Shown: positions 9,931 through 24,400 of the stretch, in pieces
Numbering within the stretch: the first letter of the stretch is position 1
Layout: each line of letters starts with the position of its first letter
Notes under the pieces: model-generated
Seen by the model: only the letters and a program-made list of their open reading frames with translations
Databases searched by the model: none
Told to the model about the DNA's origin: nothing
Assembly (NCBI GenBank): GCA_044226015.1
Contig: JBGAHS010000001.1
Location: forward strand, 1,322,611 to 1,386,610
Direction of reading: 5' to 3'
DNA from: Candidatus Obscuribacteraceae bacterium
Lineage (GTDB): Bacteria; Cyanobacteriota; Vampirovibrionia; Obscuribacterales; Obscuribacteraceae
Length of the DNA stretch: 64,000 bases
Made by a program: the position numbers and the translations under genes

Positions 9931-11829
9931 GTGCTGATAAAACGAGTTATTAGTTTAGCGTTCTTGAGCGGATTATTTCTTGGACTTGCGCCGCTTGATT
10001 TCGTTGTGTCTGAGGCGAAGGCCGAGTCCCTTTCCGTGACAAACGGCAGCAAGGGTGCCAGCACTGTTCCAGTTTCGCAATCTTCTCAAATCGTTATTTT
10101 GCCGATGTTGATAGTTGGTAGGCAGTGTACCTTCAGTGTGGTCGACGGAAATGGTAGACCACTTTCAAATGCTGGAGTGAATCTGGGTGAGCAATTATTT
10201 GTGACCGATTCCATGGGTACCGTCACTTTCAATGTTCCTGATCAGGATGCTTTTGAGCTGACTTTGCAGGGTGATGGGCGCAAAAAGATTGGCAAACGCA
10301 AGTTTAAGCGTGTCACTGACAAAGTTCTTGCAGAGAGTGATTCGCTAGCTGAGGCTGCAAGCAGTATTTTGAATCTCGATAGCACTACATCTGGTGCACC
10401 AGCTGTCTTGTACTCGCCTTCAGTCATTTCTCCGGGCGAAGTGTTTGTTGTTTTAGGGAAGAATTTTTCCGAGAAAATTTCCGACAACGTCATCGATATT
10501 GATGGGTTAAATGCAACGGTCCTTTCAGCGAGTAAAGATGGACTTCTGGCGCTTGCGCCAGTTCGCTTGCGGATGGGGCCGCAAAAGGAAATTTTTGTCA
10601 CAGTGAATAATCAAGCCTCAAATATCTGTGAGCTTGATGTGGCTACACCGTTTTTCAATCATTCGAAAACTGATGACAATGATGCCTCTCCTGAGCACGG
10701 AAAGTTGGGAATGAATGGAACGAACGTGCCTTGTCTTTTGAGAGTTGTAAACGAAGACACTGATGCTGTCACGCTCTGGTCACCAAAGCAGGAGCCGATG
10801 GGGAAGACAAATATTCTTCTTACTCCTGGTGGTGATCAAAATTTTCTAGATATAGACATGCGAGTTCTAGCTCGATCGAAAAAAGAAAACCCGGTCAGTT
10901 TAAGTCTTGAACAAGCAATGGGTTCTCTGAATGGCAGTGGCACTATTCCTCCGCAATTACTCAGTGCGATTTGCAAGGCTGAGATTATTCGTTTGGAAAG
11001 ACGCAAGGTTGCAACGGAATATCGTTTGGATGCCTTGCGAAAGATGAGTGGACCTGAACTTTCCGGACAAACAATTGATGCTGACAAAATGGAGACGGAG
11101 AGCAAAGCGCTTTCTCTAAGACTGCAAAGAATCAGGAAGAGTCTCAGTGCTCGTCAAGCCATTTTTGAAAGTCTTGGTTACACAGATGCACAGTACAGGC
11201 AAGTTTTGGATGATGCTACAGGTGGTGCATTATTGACGCTGGACCAGTCGGTGAAACCAATTGTCATAGTTTCAGATGGTGGCGTTGCTTATGCCTCCAG
11301 CGACTCGGATAACAAGCCAGCGCCGAAGACTAAGAAAAAGGCTATTTCACAGAGGATGATGGAGCCGGTAATACGACTTCTTCCACCGATGACAAAAGAA
11401 GAGCAAGCCATATTTGATGCGATGCAATCAAAAACTCCGACGGGAAACCTTGGGGACTCAACTACTTCTGGTCGATCAGGTGGTGACAACGTCGTCACCA
11501 ATGCAGAGGGGGTTCAGCTAAGAGGGCAGAATTTTGTCGAACCAGAGCCGGGGTTTTCGGAAGAATCTCGCGCTGGTTTGGGTAAACCGGGAGATTCTGT
11601 TAAATCCCTGAAGAGTTCGGCAGGTTCCAAGCCTGCCGCTTCTGTAAATTCCAAGCCAGCTCCCGTGCATTCCAAGCCTGCAGCTGAGAAAACAAATTTG
11701 GTGAAAGATTCGAATGCAAAAAGCTTAGCTGTGAAAAAGTCCAAGCGTGGCAAGCCTGCGATTTCCTCCAAGACTGCTAAGCGTTCAATTAGTTCTGTGG
11801 TGCTTAAGAAGCGCAGGCGTCGTCGCTAA
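9931..11829 (+). CDS. Secreted hypothetical protein with a probable IPT/TIG-like domain and a basic C-terminal tail
   Basis: 632-aa ORF with a signal peptide. PAVLYSPSVISPGEVFVVLGKNFS...IDG..ATVLSAS is IPT/TIG-like. The protein ends KKRRRRR. Confidence 0.7.
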   Translation: MLIKRVISLAFLSGLFLGLAPLDFVVSEAKAESLSVTNGSKGASTVPVSQSSQIVILPMLIVGRQCTFSVVDGNGRPLSNAGVNLGEQLFVTDSMGTVTFNVPDQDAFELTLQGDGRKKIGKRKFKRVTDKVLAESDSLAEAASSILNLDSTTSGAPAVLYSPSVISPGEVFVVLGKNFSEKISDNVIDIDGLNATVLSASKDGLLALAPVRLRMGPQKEIFVTVNNQASNICELDVATPFFNHSKTDDNDASPEHGKLGMNGTNVPCLLRVVNEDTDAVTLWSPKQEPMGKTNILLTPGGDQNFLDIDMRVLARSKKENPVSLSLEQAMGSLNGSGTIPPQLLSAICKAEIIRLERRKVATEYRLDALRKMSGPELSGQTIDADKMETESKALSLRLQRIRKSLSARQAIFESLGYTDAQYRQVLDDATGGALLTLDQSVKPIVIVSDGGVAYASSDSDNKPAPKTKKKAISQRMMEPVIRLLPPMTKEEQAIFDAMQSKTPTGNLGDSTTSGRSGGDNVVTNAEGVQLRGQNFVEPEPGFSEESRAGLGKPGDSVKSLKSSAGSKPAASVNSKPAPVHSKPAAEKTNLVKDSNAKSLAVKKSKRGKPAISSKTAKRSISSVVLKKRRRRR

Positions 11830-12375
11830 GTCTGTTCAAGAAAGATTCAAGCTCTGAATGCCGAACCCAATTTGCTAGCGTGCGGTTTAGTGCCAGTGCC
11901 TCAAAAGATTAAAGCAAAATAGGTACATGAAAATTCGATTTGTTCGTCCATACAGATCCTGAAATGTTGCCTGAACAACAAAACAAAGCTGGTTCTTAGG
12001 ACAGTCTATCGGAAAGTTCCAGCTTAGCTCGTAATTGTAATGCAGCTAACATTACAGCGAAGCTAAGAAACATCAATTCAGGGCTTGGAAGCCACACCCC
12101 CTTGCTGACACCTGAAAACCAGCATGTTTGCTTTCCAGTTTCTCGACCGTGTTGGCGAATCTGAGCTTCTGTTAGCTGCAAGGACAATTTCTAGTATCAG
12201 AAGCGGTGTCAGGAAATGAAAGTCCAGCCATGGTCGCAGATTAATTCTGGAATTGCAGAATGCTGTTTCTATCGTAATACCAACGATGTGGCAGGCTAGC
12301 GTATACGTTAAATTGGGGGACAGATGTACCCGGACCGTGCGTTGTGGCGTAAACTGGTCTTATGTGCAGATAGAG

Positions 12376-12401
12376 ACGTCAGGTTTTATGTAGCCTGACG
12401 T
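12376..12401 (+). promoter_or_regulatory. Inverted repeat 30 nt upstream of the giant adhesin gene
   Basis: ACGTCAGG-ttttatgtag-CCTGACGT, a perfect 8-bp stem. It could be an operator or a leader hairpin. Confidence 0.4.
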
Positions 12402-12431
12402 ATGTTTCGAACTCCATCCGAGGGCTCTTGA

Positions 12432-15400
12432 ATGACTTCACCAAGCAGAACTTCCTGGAAGCCGCTTTTGTCTTTGTTTTGCTTGCTTTCTGGGCAAGTT
12501 GCGTATGGGCAAAATGTGCCGATTCCAAGTTCAAGTTCCAACACTGCTTCTCAAGCAGGTCGGGGCATGAGACCAGGGATGGTCAATACTTCAGGAGCCA
12601 CGGCGATCGTCTCGGGGCATCGACCTGTCAATCTTGACTTGAGCTCGTCCTCAGCAACGATTTCGGCGGCAGGGCTTGTGCCGAATGGCAATGTCAGCAT
12701 AAATGTCGGTAATTCGACTCAGATAGTCACCCCTATGTCGATGTTGACTCCAGCGGAGATGCTGGCTGTTTATCAGGTGGTTAATAGCGGCGCTCAATCT
12801 ATCCTTGTTGGCTCGACAGGTACGGCGGTCGGTGGTTCTCTGGACATAGGGGCTCAATTGAGCCACAACATTAACAGCCTTGTAATTCCCAAAGGGGTTT
12901 CGGCCGTTACTAATGTTGCTAACAGTTCCGGACTCTCGATAAGCGGCAATTTGGTTAATGCAGGCAGTTTGCTAGCAGTGTCTGATAATGCGGCGGTGAA
13001 GACTGCTCAAATTTCCGCTAACAACATCTATAACAATCCAAATGCGCTCATTTCGACTGTCGTTCCGCAAGGTGGAGTTGCGGGATACAACAATCTGGTC
13101 AGCAATTTGAACTTGAATTTGAATGCCGCAAATAACGTCGTTAATAATGGCACCATATCTAGTGCTGGCAATTTGTCCATTAGTGCTGCTGGAACGATAT
13201 CAAATACGGTGGCACTGGACAGTTCTATTGCTGTAAGTACCACAACTCCGTCCTTGTTAGCTGTTGGCGATATCTCTCTTGTAAGCGGCTCTGGAAACCT
13301 GCTCAACTCTGGGCTGATTCAAGCCGGTGGTTCTGTAAATGTAGCTACGAAGGACCCTTCGACTAATCTAGCAATTAACAACACCGGTGGATTGATTCAG
13401 GCTTTAGGTACTACCGCAGGTGATCTCTCGGGCATGATCAATATTCGCGAGCACGATTACAGTGCAAGTGCGAGTACGTTGTTGGTTGGAGGCGATTGGG
13501 ACTCGAAGCAGCTTAATGTTAATGGCGGGCAGGGCGAAGTATTTGCGAATGTGGAGAATGTCAGCGGTAAGTTGAATACAAATGCCGGCATTGCTCACGT
13601 ATATGCAGAAACCCCTAATCTCACCATTGGCGAATGCACCATTAGTGGTGACCCGACCTATGTGAATTCCGGGGGGAACGTAACCATCAGCGGTACCCTG
13701 GCGGAAGCAGAATCTCTTGCAATCATAGCTTCCGGCAACATTTTAGCTGCTTCTGGCGTGGCGTCTAAGATTGTAAACTCCGATGGTGTTCGAGGCTATG
13801 ACGTTTACTTGATTGCTGGTGCCAAAGTCACGATCACCAACTGCACGGGATGTTCTAACAGCGCTGGTGGAATCACAGTGCCAACTGGCAAGGTGACTGC
13901 GGGATTTGTTCAAGTCGCTACTGGTGGTACTGGCGGGAAGATTGACCTCACCACCGGCAATACCTTGTCTTCGGGTTCTATCATCGACACCAGTGGCACC
14001 ACTGCGCGAGGTGGCGACGTATACTTGATCGCTCTAGGCGGCACGTCCGGCACGATCAGTTATCCGACAGGCACTAGTATCAACACTGGGGCGGGCGTTG
14101 ACAAATCCACTGATGGCAAGGTCTTCATTTTCGCTGGGAGCACAGCCGGCACTAGCAACCTTGGTGGTATCGTCACCACGTCGGGGGTTGGTCCGAACAC
14201 CCTCCAGGGCGGAATCGACATCCGCACTGCAGCTCCAGTTTTCTCGGGTGGTGCGGGCGCTTGCGGCACTTGCATCAGCTTCGACTCAACAGGTGTTCAG
14301 TCAGGATCTATAGGCAATGGAACAGCGTCAAACGGCAATATTAATCTCAATGGAAACGTCGTCACTCGAAATGGAGCTAGTATTTTGGCGACGATCGGGA
14401 CCGGCACTCTCACCACTATTGGCACATTGACCACCGGGCTGAATCAGCTCGGGGCTGGTGGGTTGGTCGTCACTGGTCCTGTGACCGGTGGTATCACCTA
14501 CAGCGGTAGCGGGTCTCCCAGCATACTCGCAAATGTGAATGGGGCTGTAGACCTGACGACAAGTGCGGGCAGCGTGACAATTGGTGATGCTACCCATCCT
14601 GTAACGATTACTGGCAATCTCTCCGTGAACTCTGCTAATGCTACTACACTTGGCAAGAGTGCAAGCATACAGAGTACCAATGTTTCAATCATTTCAAAGA
14701 GTCTGTCAGTGGATGCGAGCGCCAGCATTTCTGGTACTAATAGTGTCTACTTCAAAGGCGCCTCAGTCAGTATCGGTAGTGGTACTGGACTGCTTATTAC
14801 AAGCGCCGTGTTAGGACAAATAACCACCAACAATCTGATGGTCGACTCAAACACTAGCATCACAGTAAATGCAAATCTTAATACCAGTGGAACTGGTGCT
14901 GGAGCTTACAATCTGTACTTTAATGCCTTGTCTACCACCTTCACTACCGGCACCAATACGGTGACATTGGGCAACAAGACTCTTGACGTGAACTCTGTGG
15001 GAGCTTTAACTATTGGAAATATCACCGCTGGTGATACCACGATAAACCTCACTTCTTCTGGTGGCGCTGTAAACCCGTCTACGATAACTGCGGGAAAGTC
15101 GACCGTCACAATCACTGCTGCTACAACGGTGCCCTTGAAGGGGGTTTCGCTTGATACCACTTCAGGTTCTCTAGCTGTGCACTCTAGTGCAGCTGGTGTC
15201 CAGGCTATCTCGCAAAGTGCTGGTAATTTGTCTGCCGGCTTCATTGATCTGCAGGTCCACAACAGCACTGCTGGGAGCAATATCGGGACAGCTGCGGCTC
15301 CTATCCTGATTTCCTCTGCTAATTCCTTTGTCAGTTCAAATGTTGCAGGAGCCTCCTCCTCTGCCTTTATTCGAAACACCAGTGGTGGTGTGATGAACTT

Positions 15401-18400
15401 CCAGTCCTCGGGAGGTCTCAATTCTGGAAGCACCACTTTGACGGTGACCGGAGCGGGCAGTATCAATTTTTCAGGCGACGTGCTTGGAGCTGCTTTGAAA
15501 GCCACCACTGGGTCTGGAACAATCACCGCTAGCAACAGCACGCTGATTGTAGCTGGTACAACTGTGACGTTGACTTCAACCAGCGCGGACATAGGCTCAG
15601 TCGGTACACCGATCAATGTTCGCACGACGGGCTCAGGAAACACCATCACCGCGGATACGACAGGATCTGTTTTCCTCAACGTTACCAATAGTGTTTTGCC
15701 AAAATTTGCTAGTACAAGCACTTTTGCAAATCTAACTTTGACTACGGACGGTTTTATTGAGACTAGTACTGCGCTGGCTGCGACTAATGCGCTCAGCATC
15801 AGCACTCTTGGCGGCAACATAAACATGGACCTTTCGCTGAGTGCAAAAACAGTCTTTCTGTCCACCGGCGGCGGCAATCTAAATCAGGCCGCCGGAACTG
15901 TAACTGGTTCGACAAGCGTTGCGATTGAAGGCAATAGTATAGTTCAGGTCAAGACTGCCACTCCAAGCTTACTGTTGCGAGGCGTTTCGGGTGACATTAA
16001 TGTTGTCAATACTGGAGTCGTTACAGTGTCTTCCAGTGGCTCTGGGGCGAACGATGGGGTCTCAGTTAGCAATAACAACAACATTACTGTCTCTGGCAGT
16101 TTGATTGGCAATACAGGTTCGAATGCTCAGCCTTTTGCTTTCCAAACAACTGCTAACAACGGAAATATCATTTTCAACGCGGATGTTAAGGGGGCTCCTG
16201 GCATAACTGCTCTGACCAACGGCACCGGCACTGTCACTGTAGCGACTGGTGTCACACTGCAATCGCCTGGTAAAATATCGCTCGGAGCGGCGTCTGTGAA
16301 TCTCAACGGAACTGCGAAAGTAGATTCCGCCACTTCTGTGCAAGTTTACCCAAATGTGGCGGGCACTTCTATTGGTATCAATGGTGGTGCCGGCACCTTT
16401 GCTGTTCCTGCCAGTTTGATTAGCAAGTTTACAACTCCTCAACTAATAATTGGAAGTCAGTCCGTGGGTTCGGGCGCGGTTACACAGTCCGGTTCGTTGA
16501 CCATCGACAAGAGTGGCTACAGCACTTACGAGCTGCAGATTGTCACTAATGGCACTTACAACGGGGTCGGTAGCACCACAACGCTGACGGGCGATCACGA
16601 TACATTTACAGTGAACTCCGTGCAGAAAGCAGATATCGGCACTATAAATGGAACGGGAACTGCTGGCGGTGTCGTTAACATAACAGCTTCCGGAGTGACC
16701 ATCCAGGCACTTGGTTTCTCACTTCTTGGAACAGCCAGTGCGACTATAACAGCAAACGGACTTAGTGGAAACATTGCCAAGAGCGCAACTACTCCTGGTA
16801 TTTTAACCGTCCCCTTCTTGACTCTTGCCGCCACTGGTACGACAAGCAACATCACGGGATTATCGATATCAACAACAAGTTTAACAACTTCGACATCGTC
16901 AGGTAATGTAAGCCTTACAAACACTTCCTCTGGGACTACACTTGGAATAGCGAACACAAATGTCACAGGCACATTTAGTGTAACTAGTGACGGACCTGTC
17001 TTCCTTTCGTTCAACCAGCAGGCGTCGGTAAGCTATAGTTTGACCACAACAGGAGCGATAACAGCTAATTCAATTGGTGCGAAAATTGTTTCGCCAAATA
17101 TTAGTCTTACAACAACCACAAAAAGTCCCATCACAATAAACAATGCGGCTAATCAATTGTTGCAGGCTTCCACTTCGCTCAATTTGAGCAGTGCTGGCGG
17201 TGATATTGATGTTTTGAGTGCAACTCCTTCGGTAAAGGTTGATACTTCAGGCAATGCGAACGTATCCAATGCAACTGCTGGAACTCTCACGCTGACATCT
17301 GGTGGAGCCACCTTCAATAAGCTTACAGTGGCTGCCGATCACGGGCTCACTATCGGTAGCGCGCTTACTGCTGCGGGAGACATTACATTTACCACTGCCA
17401 ACAATGGCGGTGTTGTGGTCAATGGTGGCAATGTCACATCGAATCTCGGCAATGTTTTTATCACTGCAAATGGGACTGGGACGATCAATCTTTCGAAGGT
17501 CGTGAGTTCGTTGACGAAGGATGTGACGCTCACTTCAGGAACGCTGACCGCCTTCACGGGGACCGGTGCTGTATCGGCCGCAGCCGGCACCGTGTTCTAT
17601 ATTCCGACTGCCGGCACTACCGTTGGAGTGGCTGGAGGGGCTGGAACCTATGCGGTACTTGCAGCTCAGCTCTCTGCTAGCACTGCCAAAACTGTGCAAA
17701 TAGGTGATAATGCATCAGGAAACATCAACTCCGGGTCATTCACCCTGAATACTTCAGGGGCAGGTTCTTTTGATATCAAACTCAAGACTGCTGGAACGTT
17801 CACAGCAGCTGCTGCAACTACAATAAATTTGCAGTCTCATAATATGAATATTGATGCAAAAGGTGCCTTGTCTATAGGAACAGTTTCTGGCACAGGTTCA
17901 GCGCTTACGATGAATGCTGATAGCATCACTATGACAAAGAATATTGGGCTGGGAACATCGAGTTCTGCAACTTTGTCGGCAAATTCAGGGGCGATAGCGA
18001 ACACAGGTTTCACGCTTACGGCAGCGTCTGTGAGCGTAACTGCCGGAACAAATATTGGTGCTGGATCTGGCAGTCCACTGACGATATCTTCAAGCAGCCT
18101 TTCCTATTTTGCTGCCGGAAATTCGGACATAAACAATACTAGTGGCAGCACGTTAACCGTATCTGGCATAGCGTCGGCAAATAACTCAACATTGAAGTCT
18201 AATAGTTCTATAGTCACCACGACTGACCTTTCAGCAAACAGTTTGTCTGTTGTGAGCACCAGTGGTGGTATCAGCTTCGGCGGGAACATAACTGGCGCCG
18301 ACGTGGTTCTGACGGCGAGTGCTGCTAACTCAATTAGCAAGACCGGAGCGTTCACCATTACTGGTACCAATACCATTTCTCTGACCAGCGGCTCGGGAGA

Positions 18401-21400
18401 TATCGGTGCGATTACGACGGATACTCCTTCGTTGACGCTTACAAGCACAGGCAAAGTTGACATTACGAACAATTCCGCATCACTTAACCTCGTGACTAGC
18501 GGCAATTACGCAAGTTTCAGTGTTTCGACGGCGGGCAATCTGTCAACAAGCACCACTATTAGTTCGCTTGGAAACTTGAGTTTGACTACTCAAAATGCTG
18601 GTAACATCAGTTTCAGCAACAGCCTGAGTGCGGGTGGCTTGCTCAGCCTTGTGGCTGACACAACTGGAAAGATTACGCAAAGCGGTTCAGGACTTGTTTC
18701 CGGCTCAAGTTCGATATCTGCAACGAGTGGCTCTGGCGACATTACCTTCACTGCTATCAATGGTTCTGTGTCTGCCAAAACGACTGGCTCGCTCTCCATG
18801 ACCGCAGTCAGTGGAGCCTTGAGCTTGAGTTCCGGTGGCGCAACATTCACGAATGTAAGCCTCACGGACAGTTTTGGATTGGGTATTTCAACTGCAAATG
18901 TAATCACCGCTTCCGGCAGTTTCAACATTTCTGGCGCTGGTATGGTCTCTATCGCAGACAGTGTCGATGCTGGAACCATCACCCTCAACGCAGGCACGCT
19001 GTCTCTGGCGTCGTTGACTTCTCCGAAGGCTCTTAAGGCTAGCACAGTGAGTTTAACGAGCAATTCTTCTCTCACTGTGGATGGCTCAATGATCAATTCG
19101 CCGAGCTTGACGTTGAGCAGTTTGTCTGGCGGCATCACTTTGACGAACAGCAACTCGACTACGCTCAGCGCCACTGCATCTGGCGCCGTCTCGCTGACAT
19201 CTACTGCCACCGGTGGAACCGTGACTCTTGGTTCTGGAAGTTCCAGTGCTTCTACCTTCAAGCTTACTCTGTCCGGTACTAATGAGTCGCTCATCATTGC
19301 CGGACCAGTGGGCGGTACCTTTGTAGATATGACTGTGAACTCAGGCAGCATAACTCAACAAGCTGGCGCCGATATTACTGGCATTAACAGTGTCACTCTA
19401 AAAGCGCCATCCGGTGGTATTAGCTTTGGGGCTTCTGTGAAAGCTACTTCAGGAACCGGAACGGTGTCAATTACAGCCAAGAACTCATTGACGGATGCTT
19501 CTGTTTCGGCCTTAAGTGCTAATACTTTGAGTCTCACATCAACGAGCGGCAACATTAGTTTGACCAGTTCTGGCTTGACTGGGAAGGGTGGCTTAACTCT
19601 CGATGGAGCAACCGGCGTCCTCTCGACTGGTGGTTTGCTCGACACAGCTGTACTGACACTCAAAGGGGGCTCAGGCTCTGTCACCGTATCCGACACTAAT
19701 GCTAGTTTAATAACCGCCACCGCCTCTGGTGACATCAGTGTCAGCGATTCTGTAAGTGGGACGGTGAATATTTCCGACTCTTCTTCCACCAGTGGCAATC
19801 TGTCAGTGACCGCCACCGGGGTAGCTGATATCCAAGTTCTTACAAATCTGAGTGCTGGCAAAGATCTCACATTGCAGGCAATGAACGGTTCTACCAGCGG
19901 TTTTGGAGACCTGACTGCTGGGGCTAACGTAAATTTGATTGCTGGAAATGGCACGGTTTTCGTCGGAACAAAAGCCAGCGGCGTCGGTGTATTCATTACC
20001 GCATCTGGCCAGTTGACTGATGTCGCACTTTCTAACATCGTTGCTTCGCAGTCAATCGGTCTTACATCCACCGGTGCTGACATCTTGTTGACTGGTCCGT
20101 TATCAGCGGCTACATCGATTACTTTGAGTGGAGCCACAGGTGTCAGCACTTCGAGCACCATAAGTACTGGCACTCTAAACTTGGCTGGGGGAGGTGTGAT
20201 TACCATACCACAGACTACCGCCAGCACCATAACTGTCAGTGGTACTGCTAGCGTGATTGTAACGGATCAAAATGCTTCGTCTGTCACTTTAGGCGCAGTC
20301 AGCGCCGGTTCATTTACTTTGACATTGCCAAACGCAAAAACTTTCGATCTGAACGGTGCCATTTCAGCTGGCACAGTTTCGCTCACATTCAACAACGCGA
20401 ATCTTACGCAAAGTTCCGGGTCTCTTGGCGCGACAAGCAGCTTAAGCCTGATCTCTAGCTCCGGAAATGTGGGCACTGTAGGCGCATCTATAAATACTTC
20501 CTCTCCAATTATCAACTTGAATGTTCCTAATACGGTGAACATTTCTAATAAGACTGCAGGAACTTTGATTGTAAACTCCTCCGCTACGCTGGCAAATTTG
20601 TTGGTTTCTACGGACCATACACTCGATATGGGCACAAACCTCACGTCCACAGGCGTTCTGACGCTCACTAGTACAGCTAACGGTGGCTCGATTGCAATAT
20701 CTAAGGACGTATCAGGTGCTGTAGTCACAATTTCAGCAAATGGCGCAGGCACCATCAGTGGAGCCGGAACTATTAGTGCAAGCACCAATTTAACGCTGAG
20801 TTCTGGTTCGGGTGATATCGGTACTGTTGGTACCCCACTCAAGACCAGTACGAACCAGATTCTCGGTCTGGGAACAACTGGGTCGGCCTATCTGAGTAAC
20901 AGCATTGGGTCTGGCTCGTTTTTTGTGAGCTTCTCTGTGCCGACTTTGATGAATCTGACAATGGTGAGTGATCGAGACATCACGACAGGCTCGGCCATAA
21001 CAGTAACGAATGCGCTATCAGTTAGTACCACTGCTAACAACGCTGGCATTTTAATTGGAGCAAATACGAGTGCGGCGACGGCAACCCTTTCAGCTAATGG
21101 TTCGGGAACAGTCATAGTAGCTTCCGGTAGCACTCTTAGCGGAAGCACTTCGATCGATTTGAAATCATCTTCCGGCGACATTAGAGGTACAGCAGCCCTG
21201 GCGGCGGCTGGTCTTGCAACTCCGTCTCTCTCTCTTGATACTACAGGGAACGTGATCATATCGAACACCTTTGCCGGTAATTTTCAGCTATTTAATTCTG
21301 CTGCTACTTTCACATCTTTCAGTGTTGCTACCTCTCAGTCATTGACCACGCAGAATGCCATCAAGGCTGGTGGCGGCATAACTTTGTCATCTGGTAATAA

Positions 21401-24400
21401 CGGCAGCATATCTCTTTCTGGCGCCCTGACTGCATCGAATATTTCTCTGTCTGCCAACGGTTCAGGAGCTATCGTGGCTGCTGCGAATTTGTTAACTGCC
21501 AGTTCGCAAATCACCCTGACCTCTGGCTCTGGAAGTATCTCTGCTTCAAATCTCAACACACCTTCGTTGTTGTTGGGCAGCACTGGAGATGTAAACGTAA
21601 ACAACAGTAGTGTGGGCATACTCAATCTAGGTTCTACAGGTACTAAGTTCAATAACTTGCAAGTTCAAACAAGCAATGGACTGACTACTACCAGTTCAAT
21701 ACAATCTGCTGGGAATCTGACTTTAGCTAGCACCGCCGGTAGCATCCTCATCGGAGCTGCGCTATCGGGTGGTGCGGTGTCTCTGACTACCGGTTCTGGC
21801 TCTATAAATGCCGGAAGCAATGTTGTGACAGGAAGCACATCTGTGAGCTTTGTCACGTCAGATGGGGCTGTAGGTGATTCCAGTGTGATGAACGTTAACA
21901 CTGCAAGTCTTAGCTTCGTAAACCTCGGTACTACGGGCATGTTTGCTAATGTCAGTGTTTCTGCGACACCTGCAGTTGCTGTGACTTTCACAAAGTTCAG
22001 CAACCTGACTTTAGCTGCCGACCATTCTATTAATGGGTTGAATAGTCCTATAGCTGTGGGCACCATTAAAATGAGTACTGCGAACAATGGTTCGATTACT
22101 CTGGCAGGAGCGCTTGCTGATGTTATTCAATTGAATGCGAACGGAAGTGGCGGTATTACAGCAAGTTCTAATTTGACAGCGACCAGCAGCATTTCTCTGA
22201 GTTCAGGAACTGGCGATATATCCTCGATTTCGACCAGTACAACTAAGCTGACTGTCAACACTTCAGGTTCTGCGTCGGTACAGAACAGCAGCCCTGGCAC
22301 CTTGACTTTCGCTTCGAGTTCCACTTTTACGAACCTAGATTTGCAAACAGACCATGATCTATTTGTAAGCACATCAGTAAGTTCGAGCGGAAACCTTGTC
22401 TTGATGACTACCGCGAACTCAGGTTCGATTGACCTCGCTAGCACTGCCAGCGGGAAGAATGTGACCATAACCGCAAGCACCGCTGGAAACCTAACTGCTG
22501 CCGGATCGATTAGTGGCAGCAGCACCGTTTCTCTATCTTCTGGATCTGGCAGCATAGGTACAAAAATTACGGCAATAAACACTGCCACACCCGACCTCAC
22601 TCTGAACACCACTGGAGACTCTTTCATAGCCAACACAACGGCTGCAGGTCTCAAGCTGTCGGTTGGTGGCTCTACGATGAATTCGTTGACTGTAAACTCA
22701 AATCACGGCATCACCAGTGGAGCCACTCTAAAGGCAACGCAAATCAGTTTGAGTGCAGGAAATGCCGGTGACATCACTGTGAATACATCGACTCAGTCGC
22801 TCACTTTTAGTACGACTGGAAGTGTAACAGCAACTAACATCGGAGCCGGTTCTCTCGACCTCACTGTGGCTCTGGTTCCAATCAATCTAAATGTAAGTAC
22901 AAATCATGATTTGAACACTCTTGGGGCTATAAGCGCCAATGGTACGGTGAATCTTAGCACTATCTTGAATGGCGGTTCTATCGCTCTGGGGGCTGACCTG
23001 AGTGGAACCAATGTCACATTGCAGGCTGATGGCGCCGGGACTATCACAAGTGCAGGGAAGGTAACTGCAACGGGCACGCTGACCCTGAGTTCTGTGTCGG
23101 GTGACATTGGTGGTGCTGGTCTGAGTACTTCTGCACCCATCATGGTGTTGAACACCAGTGGTTCAGCTAAAATCAGCAACAATACGAGTGCTGGGCTCAG
23201 CTTGAGTTCAAGTTCAACCTTCAGCAACTTGACTCTGAGCACCAACCACGCCTTAACTGTTGGAAGCAGTTTGTTCTCGGTTGGCTTGTTGCAGCTCTCC
23301 ACGGCAAATGGTGGCAACATCTCAGTTGGAGGCAACATAAGCGGTGGAACGACATCGCTAAGTGCTGGTGGGGCTGGCACTCTCACGGCGAGTGGAGCCT
23401 TCTTCGTGTCAGGCTCGTCAATTAACTTGAGTTCGGGAAGTGGTCTAATCGATTTGTCCACTAAGACAACGGACTTAACTGTTGGAACAACAGGCGCTGT
23501 AACTCTCAAGAATACGATAACTGTCTCTCCATTGAACCTCAGCTCTGGTGGAAGTACATTTAGCAGTCTGACAGTCAGCAATGACAGTGACATCAACACA
23601 AGCAATGTGATCAATGCAACCGGGCTCATATCTTTAAGCACCACCAACAGTGGCGGTATCAATCTTGCTGACTCTTTAACTGGTGGATCTGTAGCACTCA
23701 ATGCGAACAGTTCCGGTGCAATTAAACAAACCGCAGGAAGCATTTCTGCTGCGACCGTGAGTCTTGTGAGTGGTTCGGGGGCAATTCAGAACATTGCCAC
23801 CCAAACTCCAGCATTGACAGTGGGCTCGACAGGCAATGTGTCTGTTCAAAACACTACTGCAGGATTGCTTTCGCTCTCATCGACTGGAACTAATTTCGCG
23901 AGTCTTGATATCAAAACAAATCATGACCTATCCACAAGCACCAGTCTGAGTACCGTGGGGACGCTCTCTTTGAGCACTGCTAATGGTGGCGGCATCACAT
24001 TCAATGCTGATGCGTCTGGAGCTAACCTCAACGTCGTCGCTAATGGCTTGGGAGCAATTCAAACAAAAACCAATACGTTAACGGGCGTGAGTTCTGTGAC
24101 CCTGACCTCAGGAAGCGGCGATGTCACTGTTAACTTGAAAGCGAGCAACCTTTTCATTGACACCACCGGTAATGTCAATATAACGAACACGGGCAATCCC
24201 ATCGGTACAAACCTGGCGGTCCACAATAGCGGAGGAACTTTCGCAAGCTTTAATGTGAAGGCAAATCAAAGCTTGACTCTTGTTGAAGCGTTGAGTTCGA
24301 CTGGTGCTGTCGTGCTGAATTCCTCTAATAATGGAGATGTTTCCACTCTAAATAAGGTATCGGGTAGCAGCGTTCAAGTAACGGCCGATGGATTAGGCAA